64,000 bases of DNA from Planctomycetota bacterium (lineage in GTDB: Bacteria; Planctomycetota; MHYJ01; JACQXL01; JACQZI01). Below the pieces are notes generated by a model that searched no databases, had not been told where the DNA came from, and saw nothing but the letters and a program-made list of their open reading frames with translations. The DNA is taken from the NCBI GenBank assembly GCA_016207825.1, contig JACQZI010000005.1:1122-65121 (forward strand). The letters run 5' to 3'. Both the position numbers and the translations under genes were made by a program. Shown here one piece after another: positions 18,158 through 25,996 of this stretch. The first letter of the stretch is position 1. The number at the start of each line of letters is the position of its first letter.

Positions 18158-20485
18158 ATGCGTAACACGAAAGTTTGCGAAGCGAAGTGCGAAACGACAG
18201 TGGAGTCCCGACCTAATCGGGGTAGTCCCGACGCACGTCGGGGGAATTTTGGATTTTGTGTATTATTAATTATTTGGAGCTTGGGTTTTGGTGCTTGGGA
18301 TTTGTGTGCGGACTCCTGGTCCCAGACCACCTTTACCGATGGGACATTTAATAGCACGATGAGCGCTACCAGTGGCAGCGATGTAAGTCTTTTTGTATCC
18401 ATTGATGCTGGTAATGGCACGGATGGTGCAATAACCGTTGCCGCGGCAAAAAATATTAATACGGATACCATTGCCGCCGGCAGGACTGTCGCCGATGGCT
18501 GGAACTCACGCGTTTCCGCCCTTACGGCAAATACAGCTACATTAGTAACCACACCTCCTGTTAATACTTTTGCAGTCGGTGACGAAGTTATTTTAATCAG
18601 TCTCAAAGGCATCTCTGCGGCTTATGGTAATGTTGGATTATATGAATTCCTTCGTGTCCAGTCAGTTGCTGGTAATATAATTACCTTTACCGCCAATAAA
18701 ATTAACTGGTACGGTGATGGCGCTAATGATACCAATGTCGGAACAAATCAAGTCGTGATGCTCCAGCGGGTGCCTAATTATACTGATGTAACGATTAATA
18801 TCGGCGGCTCACTTGCCTGTTCGGCTTTTGATGGGACAAAGGGAGGGATTCTTATCGTTAAAGCTACCGGAACAGTTACGGTAAATGCGCTGAATGGTAT
18901 AAATGCGAGTGACCGCGGATTTAGGGGCGGCGTTGGAGGCGGTTACTCCAGTCGTTCGGGTGGTGGTGAGTCATATAATGGCACGGGTGGTGCCGGTGGT
19001 GTAAATGGAGATGGATATAGTCCTCGTAGCGTTGGTTTAGCGGGTCAATCCGGCCAAGGTGGCGGTGGCGGCGCTGGTGCGTATGATAGTACTCTTGGTA
19101 CTGCAGCCGCTGGCGCGCTTGGTTCAGGTGGTGGTGCTGGCGGCGGCAGTGGTTACTACTCCAGTAACGATATTGGTGGTGGTGGCGGCGGCGGCGGTAA
19201 TGGAGGAACAGGCGGTGGCGGCGTGGGTGGCGGAGGTACGGCCGGGGCTGGTTCAGGAACTAACGGTGGTAATGGTAGTGCGGGGGTGGGTACCCGCTCT
19301 GCCGGTGGCGGCGGCGGCGGTGGGAACGATGGTCGGGCAGATTCTTCCGGGCTGGGTAATCGGGCATATATGGGTGGCGGTGGTGGTGCCGGTGGCGGCG
19401 GTTTTGAAGGTACGACATCTACCGCCGGACAACCCGGAGGCAATGGCGGAGGTATAATATTTATCTGTGCTAATAATATTAACGTTGCCTCAGGTGCATC
19501 TATTGCCGCAAATGGAGCAAACGGAGGAGCTGTCGGCACCTATGTAGGTGGTGGTGGCGGTGGGGCTGGTGGTTCTATAATTCTGAACTCAATCAGCGTG
19601 TCTAATTCAGGTTCCGTCACTGCTATTGGCGGTTCAGGAGGTTCCAATGCTCTTTCCGGCGGCGCGGGTGGTGGTGGTCGAACATATGCTCGGTATGTGG
19701 CTTTCAGCGGCACTGCACCAACCCCAAATTACTCAAGTGGAAATCCATCATCATATACTACTGCCGGCACCTATGTTTCATCGCTGATTAATTTGACTGG
19801 TCTTTCCTCTTGGGGTATTTTAACCTATACACGAACCGCTCCGGCAAATACCACCTTTACAGTTGACGTCTTAAAGGCCATAGATAATTCCATCCTGGTT
19901 TCTAACGTTGCTTCCGGCGTTAATCTTTCATCGGTTCTTCCATCGCCGTTATGCTATGCCATCAGGCTCCGGGCTAACTTTTCTACTTCAGATAATACCC
20001 AAACCCCGACCCTTTCTGACTGGGGAATAAACTACACAAGCGGCGGGACGACCATCACCACCACCAACTGGACGGATTTGGTTAACGGGCAATCCGTCCG
20101 GATGGGACAATCTATCGCCCACGTTAAATTTGAAATGAAAACATTTGATGGCACTGCCCGCTGGAGACGTTTCCGTATCGATAAAGGATTAAAAACATAC
20201 ACAAACCTTGCCTGCCCGGATTCTAAAATAGAAGTTCAGGTCTGGTGCGATACAAATGCCAATGGTTTCTGGGATACCGGCGATACGTTCATCGCTAAAG
20301 GCAATTTTACCAACGGCACGTGTTATCTCAATATGAAACAATGGCAGGTAACGACTACCACCAAGACTTATTATATCGTGTATAAATTAGCCAGTGATAT
20401 CAGCGGCGGCACCCGCGCCGGGGTGAAGATAGCGGATAGCAGCTATCTTGAATTTGAAAATGCCACTTGTATCGGAGTGCCATAA
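18158..20485 (+). CDS. Exported paralog 2: a leader identical to paralog 1 plus an 11-codon hairpin-element insertion, a Gly-rich central region (GGGxGG runs, probably beta-helix) and the conserved C-terminal module.
   Basis: The N-terminus MRNTKVCEAKC…RRGNFGFCVLLIIWSLGFGAWDL matches ORF 186..2522. The C-terminal 300 aa align with 48731, 50696 and 53061. Confidence 0.65.
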   Translation: MRNTKVCEAKCETTVESRPNRGSPDARRGNFGFCVLLIIWSLGFGAWDLCADSWSQTTFTDGTFNSTMSATSGSDVSLFVSIDAGNGTDGAITVAAAKNINTDTIAAGRTVADGWNSRVSALTANTATLVTTPPVNTFAVGDEVILISLKGISAAYGNVGLYEFLRVQSVAGNIITFTANKINWYGDGANDTNVGTNQVVMLQRVPNYTDVTINIGGSLACSAFDGTKGGILIVKATGTVTVNALNGINASDRGFRGGVGGGYSSRSGGGESYNGTGGAGGVNGDGYSPRSVGLAGQSGQGGGGGAGAYDSTLGTAAAGALGSGGGAGGGSGYYSSNDIGGGGGGGGNGGTGGGGVGGGGTAGAGSGTNGGNGSAGVGTRSAGGGGGGGNDGRADSSGLGNRAYMGGGGGAGGGGFEGTTSTAGQPGGNGGGIIFICANNINVASGASIAANGANGGAVGTYVGGGGGGAGGSIILNSISVSNSGSVTAIGGSGGSNALSGGAGGGGRTYARYVAFSGTAPTPNYSSGNPSSYTTAGTYVSSLINLTGLSSWGILTYTRTAPANTTFTVDVLKAIDNSILVSNVASGVNLSSVLPSPLCYAIRLRANFSTSDNTQTPTLSDWGINYTSGGTTITTTNWTDLVNGQSVRMGQSIAHVKFEMKTFDGTARWRRFRIDKGLKTYTNLACPDSKIEVQVWCDTNANGFWDTGDTFIAKGNFTNGTCYLNMKQWQVTTTTKTYYIVYKLASDISGGTRAGVKIADSSYLEFENATCIGVP

Positions 20486-20541
20486 GTTCTCCGCCAGAGG
20501 CAGGGCGCAGGATGTTACAAGGGATTATAGGAGGTTACAAG

Positions 20542-23004
20542 ATGTTACCGAAAACATGTATCTCATTAAATCCCCTCTTGAGAGGGGTCAGGGGTGTGTT
20601 ATCTTCTGTCTTTCTTCTCTCATCTCTCATCTTTCCCCTCTCTGTTTCTGCCGGTTCTTTCCCTAACTTTGACAACTCCGGCGGCGGCTCCTGGACTACC
20701 GGCTACTACCGTCCCATCTCCATCACCAATACCGCCGGCGCCCAGACCGATTATCAAGTTGCGGTAACTCCATTTGGCCCGGAATATGAAGAAAACAATG
20801 GGAATGTCACGTATAATGGGACATGGAATGTTTACAATAATGTAAATTGCAGCCGCGGTTCCCAAAAATGGTCAACCACAACGAACAACACCGCAACTTT
20901 TTCCTTTAATGGCACCGGTGTTACATGGGTTTCAACAAAGAACGCAGATTATGGTATTGCTAAAGTCTACATCGACGATGTCTATCAGCAAAACGTAGAC
21001 CTTTATAATTCAACGAATATATTCCAGCAAGCTGTTTATACTAAAGATGGGCTGGCAAATGGGTTTCACACAATTAAAGTGGAAGTAACCGGCACAAAAA
21101 ACGCTTCGTCTACTAATTATTATGTTACCATAGACGCGTTTGATACCGGCAACTTTATCAATAACTCCGGACTGGTCGGCTCGTGGCACTTCTCCGAAAA
21201 CTCCGGCACCGCCGCCGCCGATATGTCAGGCAATGGCAATAACGGAACGTTAACTAACAGTCCAATATGGGTAGACGGCAAGTTCGGAAATGCATTATCC
21301 TTTGATGGAGCGAATGATTATGTAAGCGTGTCGGATAATAATGCGTTAACATTTGGCAACGGGACAACCGATTCGCCTTTTTCAATAGAATTATGGGTAT
21401 ACCCTAATTCTGCGAGTGGTGCTGTTATAGCAAAAGCAACTGCTTCTAATGCCGGTGAATATTATATCACAACTGCCGGAGGAAATTTATATTTCAGGCT
21501 GGTAGATAATAGCGCCAGTGGTTATATAGGAATATATGCCGTGATTTCCCAAAATCGATGGACTCATATCACAGCAGCTTATGATGGCAACGGTATTTCC
21601 GGAATGAGATTATATTTTAATGGCGTCTTGCAGGCAACAACTGCGTCAAGTTCAGGCAGTTATACCGCAATGGAAAATCTTGCTACCAATCTTAAAATAG
21701 GCGAAAGAGAGAGTGGCAGTAACTATTTTAACGGTCTCATTGACGAAGTCCGCATCTATAACCGGGCGCTCACCGCCGCCGAAATCACCACCCGCTATAA
21801 CTACTACACCAACAAACTCACAGGCGATTATTCTGATATCCGCTTCGCCCTTAGTCCTCCCCCAAATTCCGGCAATGAACTTTCTTACTGGCAGGAGACT
21901 GATAACAAGTTCTGGCTGAAGATTCCCAACCTGCCCGCTGGCGATTCTTATATCTATATGTATTACGGCAACCTAAGCGCGGAAAATTCAAGCGACGAAA
22001 ACAATGTCTTCGGGTCGGCAACTTCTAACCTCGCCCTGGGTAAAACATATACTAAATCAGAAGCCCCCTCCGGCTCTTATCCGGATACAGGCAATGCTGA
22101 ATTTACCGACGGCCAGCCTGATGAAACATGGGCGGATTCTTTTGGTTATGGTAAACCAAGCACCAATTATTGGCTGGAAATCACCGTTGATTTAACTTAT
22201 TCCAAGCTGATAAAGAATCCGATTTTGTATACCGGCGGCGGAACTGGATATCGGGCGCATTATGTGGAAATCTACGGCAGTCCTGATAACACCGCTTTTT
22301 ACCTGATTGGTTCCGCAGGAAATTTGAATTTAGGCACCGCGGATATAGGAATTTCCCCACTGGACATAACGACCACTCCCCGTGTTTTCAGGTATGTTAA
22401 ATTTAAAATTAATAAAGAGTGCGGGACTTCAGTGCAGGCAACCGATTGGCTTTTTGTCGGAGAGGGAATTGTTAACGGCAAAAGCCGCCAGTATGTTTCC
22501 CCAGAACCGACAGTTTCCGCACCGGGTGCGGAAAGTTTTGCACTCGACAAATACATCCAGACCGCCAACTGGCAAAGCCTTGTTTCATCCGGAAAAAGCA
22601 TCGTCATGGGGCAATCTATTGCCCAAGTTTCCTTTACCGCCGTCTTTACCGGCACTGACTCGGCAGGCAAAACAGCTAAATGGAAAAAGCTCCGCATTGA
22701 TAAAGGCGTCGGCGCCTATGCCGGTAGCGCCTGCCCTGATTCCAAAATAGAAGTCCAAATCTGGATGGAGAATAATGGCAACGGCTTCTGGGATACCGGC
22801 GATACCTTTATCGCTAAAGGCAACTTCACCAACGGCACGTGCTATTTGAATATGAACCGGTTTCAGATAACAACTACTCAGAGAACATTTTATATTGTAT
22901 ACAAATTAGCCAATGATATAGGAGGGGGGCAAAGAGCGGGCGTTAAGATAGTTGATAGCAGTTACCTTGAATTTGAAAACGCTACGGCAATTGGAGTCCC
23001 GTAA
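20542..23004 (+). CDS. Exported paralog 3: 'PLLRGVRGVL' leader, a DUF2341-like N-terminal domain, a LamG/concanavalin-like domain and the conserved C-terminal module.
   Basis: GGAGG-7-ATG at 20542. LamG signature …FGNALSFDGANDYVSV…LYFNG…. The C-terminal 170 aa belong to the family. Confidence 0.6.
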   Translation: MLPKTCISLNPLLRGVRGVLSSVFLLSSLIFPLSVSAGSFPNFDNSGGGSWTTGYYRPISITNTAGAQTDYQVAVTPFGPEYEENNGNVTYNGTWNVYNNVNCSRGSQKWSTTTNNTATFSFNGTGVTWVSTKNADYGIAKVYIDDVYQQNVDLYNSTNIFQQAVYTKDGLANGFHTIKVEVTGTKNASSTNYYVTIDAFDTGNFINNSGLVGSWHFSENSGTAAADMSGNGNNGTLTNSPIWVDGKFGNALSFDGANDYVSVSDNNALTFGNGTTDSPFSIELWVYPNSASGAVIAKATASNAGEYYITTAGGNLYFRLVDNSASGYIGIYAVISQNRWTHITAAYDGNGISGMRLYFNGVLQATTASSSGSYTAMENLATNLKIGERESGSNYFNGLIDEVRIYNRALTAAEITTRYNYYTNKLTGDYSDIRFALSPPPNSGNELSYWQETDNKFWLKIPNLPAGDSYIYMYYGNLSAENSSDENNVFGSATSNLALGKTYTKSEAPSGSYPDTGNAEFTDGQPDETWADSFGYGKPSTNYWLEITVDLTYSKLIKNPILYTGGGTGYRAHYVEIYGSPDNTAFYLIGSAGNLNLGTADIGISPLDITTTPRVFRYVKFKINKECGTSVQATDWLFVGEGIVNGKSRQYVSPEPTVSAPGAESFALDKYIQTANWQSLVSSGKSIVMGQSIAQVSFTAVFTGTDSAGKTAKWKKLRIDKGVGAYAGSACPDSKIEVQIWMENNGNGFWDTGDTFIAKGNFTNGTCYLNMNRFQITTTQRTFYIVYKLANDIGGGQRAGVKIVDSSYLEFENATAIGVP

Positions 23005-23104
23005 CACGAAATCAGTGCGAAGCCTCCCCGACAGGGGGCGAAACTGAAATGCGGAAACACGAAAGATTAATATTCCGTGTTTTCGTGTAACAGAAAGGAG
23101 GTGC
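23005..23104 (+). promoter_or_regulatory. Conserved 100-bp leader, identical at 45703..45834. It contains three CACGAAA / TTTTCGTG complementary segments and the CCCCGACAGGGGG hairpin, and ends in AAAGGAGGTGCGTG.
   Basis: Identical copy after paralog 5. Alternative pairings suggest an attenuator- or riboswitch-like leader. Confidence 0.4.
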
Positions 23105-23421
23105 GTGTTCCCGCAAGGGTATAACCTGTGCCCTCAAGGGCAAAACTTGTGCTCTCAAGAGCAGAACTCGTACCCTCAAGAGCAGGACTTGTGCCCACAA
23201 GGGCAGAACCTGTGCCCGCAAGGGCAAAACCTGTGCTCTCAAGGGCAGAACTTGTGCCCGCAAAGGCAAAACCTGTGCCCGCAAGGGCAAAACCTGTGCT
23301 CTCAAGGGCAGAACTTGTGCCCGCAAAGGCAAAACCTGTGCCCGCAATGGCAAAACCTGTGCTCTCAAGGGCAGAACTTGTGCCCGCAAAGGCAAAACCT
23401 GTGCCCGCAAGGGCAGAACTC
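23105..23421 (+). repeat. Tandem array of about 15 copies of a 21-bp unit with 63-bp super-period: gtgcccgcaagggcaaaacct, gtgctctcaagggcagaactt and gtgcccgcaaaggcaaaacct. It contains the palindrome TGCCCGCAAGGGCA and is followed by the hairpin ccccgaaattcttcgggg.
   Basis: Direct reading. All three frames are open. Frame 1 would encode a Cys-containing heptad (NLCPQGQ)n from a GTG that follows the SD. Confidence 0.85.
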
Positions 23422-23480
23422 GTGCCCCGAAATTCTTCGGGGTACCCCCGATTATATCGGGGAGAAAAGGAGAATTGTTT

Positions 23481-24173
23481 ATGGCAATAATAAAAGGGAC
23501 TAACTATCTCCCGCAAAAGGACGATGATTTCTTCAATTTCCAGGGCAATTTGGTCAACGAGGTCGTAACCAACACGGCTTGGGGCATTATGCCTGCGGCG
23601 GTAACGGCGCTGGTCGCCCGCCGGGCTTCGTATGAGCCGCTCTATACCAAAAGCCAGAATAAAGGCAACCGGACTCAGGCAGACGTCTTAGCCCATCGCC
23701 AGATGCGCGAACTCTATGAAAAGGAAATCAGGGCATTCGTCAAGACCTGGTTGATGTTTAATCCAATGGTTATGGACCAGGACCGCCGCCGGATGCGACT
23801 GACCGTGCGCGATGTTGAACCGACCCCCAGGGGAAAAATCACTTCCTTCCCGATTATCGGGTTAATCGCCGTGGGCGGCGGTTCTATTGAAGTCCGTGCC
23901 CGCGTCACGACCGACCAGACCAGATCCAGTATGCATTCTTTAGCCGATGCCGTGGAAGTGAGATATACCCTTGTGCCAAAAGGCGAGATGCCGCCGGACG
24001 ACCCGGAATCCTGCCCTAAAAATCAGGTATCAAAAAAGGCGCGGTTTTCCATTGCTTGCGGGGTGAAAAATGCCGGAGACACTTTTTACGGGTTTTTCCG
24101 CTGGGTGAACCTGACCAACCCGCAAAACAACAGCGACTGGACGACCAAACCCGAAGGCGTGGTCATTGCGTAG
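23481..24173 (+). CDS. Hypothetical protein
   Basis: AAAGGAG-8-ATG. Preceded by a CCCGATTATATCGGGG hairpin. Confidence 0.5.
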   Translation: MAIIKGTNYLPQKDDDFFNFQGNLVNEVVTNTAWGIMPAAVTALVARRASYEPLYTKSQNKGNRTQADVLAHRQMRELYEKEIRAFVKTWLMFNPMVMDQDRRRMRLTVRDVEPTPRGKITSFPIIGLIAVGGGSIEVRARVTTDQTRSSMHSLADAVEVRYTLVPKGEMPPDDPESCPKNQVSKKARFSIACGVKNAGDTFYGFFRWVNLTNPQNNSDWTTKPEGVVIA

Positions 24174-24264
24174 CGAAGCGGAGTCCCGATTATTTCGGGG
24201 CGTGAGAAAAGATTTAACCACCCCGACGCTAAGTCGGGGTGGTGAGACGGAAAGGACAGGAAAA

Positions 24265-24492
24265 ATGTCCAAACCAAGCATAATCGGAATAAAATATGCG
24301 GCAATCGGGATTCTGGGCGCCTGCATTATTTTTGCCATAACAACGCTCCTCCTGAAAATCATCCCTTCTGCCTCTGTAGGTTTGGCATCTCTAACAGGGG
24401 GAGGAATAATATCAGCTATGGCGATAGCAATATCCCATAAAGATTATAAACGCGGGGGAAAAACAAATAAAGATAATGTGCATCAAGTTTAA
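24265..24492 (+). CDS. Small membrane protein (MSKPSIIGIKYAAIGILGA…), paralog of 25333.
   Basis: Two paralogous copies; hairpin elements lie in the 5' leader. Confidence 0.5.
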   Translation: MSKPSIIGIKYAAIGILGACIIFAITTLLLKIIPSASVGLASLTGGGIISAMAIAISHKDYKRGGKTNKDNVHQV

Positions 24493-25321
24493 TTTTGTTT
24501 TGATTTTAATACTATTCGCTGTAATTCTTTGCGCCGGCTGCTCCCCTGCGATTTTTTATGAAACCTCCAGCCTAATCAATTCAGAGTGGCTTATCAAAGA
24601 AACAGAGCACTTAACCATACATTATAAGCCTGATTCATACGCGCAAACCGATATCAAAAACGCTGTGGAATCCTATGAAAATAGCTACCAGGCGGCTAAA
24701 GATAAATTCCGTGAAATCGGATTCAGTGATGTAAAAAATAAAATCAACCTGTATTTGGTGGAAAAATTCAACTCGAAAGGAGCTGATAAGAATGGCAATA
24801 ACCCGATAAGCGGATGCGCCCTTATGGGGAAAAGAACCGTTTTCTACCAGTATTCTCAGGCGGTGCGAGATGACTCCGCTCATGAAATAATCCATCTGTT
24901 TCTCTATGATATTAACCCTAAAGCGCCGTATGGTTTCCAGGAAGGAATCTGCCGCTTTTATGAAACCAGGGCAATTCCCGATAAAAACGGCGAGCCGTAT
25001 TCTTGCAAGCCTTTTCGCCTTGCCAAGCTTGAACCGCCGGATGATTGGAAAGCGGCAAATATTTTTGTTAATAATTACACGTATGCTTCAGGGAACATCG
25101 CGGCCGCTTTTGTTTCATTTCTGATGGAGCGTTTAGGAGAAAGGGAGCTTTACGAGTTCTATCGTGCGCTTAACGGCAAAAAAAACTATAAGCAGCTTAT
25201 ACAGGCAAAGTTAAATATTGCCCCGGATGATATCAATAAATTGTTTGTTGAATACGGGGAAACGCTTGAAAACCCGCCTCAGATTTTCGGAGCCATCCAT
25301 GAAGAATGGAAAAATAAATGA
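24476..25321 (+). CDS. Lipoprotein with an HExxH (HEIIH) motif, a putative zinc metallopeptidase.
   Basis: Signal peptide with Cys lipobox (LCAGCS) and HEIIHLF. Confidence 0.45.
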   Translation: MCIKFNFVLILILFAVILCAGCSPAIFYETSSLINSEWLIKETEHLTIHYKPDSYAQTDIKNAVESYENSYQAAKDKFREIGFSDVKNKINLYLVEKFNSKGADKNGNNPISGCALMGKRTVFYQYSQAVRDDSAHEIIHLFLYDINPKAPYGFQEGICRFYETRAIPDKNGEPYSCKPFRLAKLEPPDDWKAANIFVNNYTYASGNIAAAFVSFLMERLGERELYEFYRALNGKKNYKQLIQAKLNIAPDDINKLFVEYGETLENPPQIFGAIHEEWKNK

Positions 25322-25332
25322 AAGGAGCGAAA

Positions 25333-25542
25333 ATGTCACCACCAAGCATAATCGGGATAAAATATGCGGCAATCGGGATTCTGGCCGCCTGCGTTGTTTT
25401 TATTATAGCGGCAAACCTCTTTAAAATCACCCCTTCCGTCGGCTTGGCGGCCGGAACGATGGGAGGAATGATGGCCGCGATGATGATACTAACCGCCCAT
25501 GAAGCGTATAAACGCGGAAAAAAAGAGGATAGCAAGAATTAA
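25333..25542 (+). CDS. Small membrane protein, paralog of 24265.
   Basis: MSPPSIIGIKYAAIGILAA…. Confidence 0.5.
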   Translation: MSPPSIIGIKYAAIGILAACVVFIIAANLFKITPSVGLAAGTMGGMMAAMMILTAHEAYKRGKKEDSKN

Positions 25543-25570
25543 ACTCTTATAATCATCGAAAGGAAGTATT

Positions 25571-25909
25571 ATGAAAAAACTGATTAAGATAAAATATCTC
25601 GGTATTTTATTAGGGATAGTCGTTATCACAGTGACGTTTATTGAAGCCGGGAATAATTCCTACAATCAATCCGTTGGGCAGGAGCTTAGAACCGCTATCA
25701 ACTCGCTGGGACCGCGTTTTGACGGAGTAAAAATCATTTATTCTAAAAGCGGCGGAATAATTGTTTCTCAAAATTGGCCGTCTGTTGTGACAGGCAAGGT
25801 TCCTGGTAAATCGGATATTGACGCTATTACGAATGCAGTAAGCCAGGTGTGTGCTAAGACAAAATATGAACGAAAAATAACAATCAACGTTGATATTGAA
25901 AATAAATGA
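25571..25909 (+). CDS. Hypothetical exported protein
   Basis: Signal peptide. Confidence 0.4.
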   Translation: MKKLIKIKYLGILLGIVVITVTFIEAGNNSYNQSVGQELRTAINSLGPRFDGVKIIYSKSGGIIVSQNWPSVVTGKVPGKSDIDAITNAVSQVCAKTKYERKITINVDIENK

Positions 25910-25996
25910 AAGGAAAGTATATGCGAAGTAAAACGCCTGCCCGTCCGTCAGGCGGGGAGTCCCGATTGAATGTATCGGGGAAAAACTGATAAAAAC

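Noticed and set aside
19156-19539. Pro-rich 127-aa ORF on the minus strand
   Set aside because: It is the antisense of the Gly-rich (GGN codon) region of paralog 2. The same applies to 49558..49845 and 54254..54523.
18900-19700. Collagen-like interpretation of the Gly-rich regions
   Set aside because: There is no sustained G-X-Y triplet periodicity. Runs such as GGGGAGG and NGG(T/S)GG, with interspersed hydrophobic residues, fit a beta-helix or disordered Gly-rich region better.
23012-23516. Minus-strand ORFs across the 21-bp array (23012..23410, 23067..23516) and their twin at 45710..46183
   Set aside because: They are open only because the repeat lacks stops in all frames and have no RBS. 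The plus-strand GTG frame behind the strong SD is the only candidate taken seriously.
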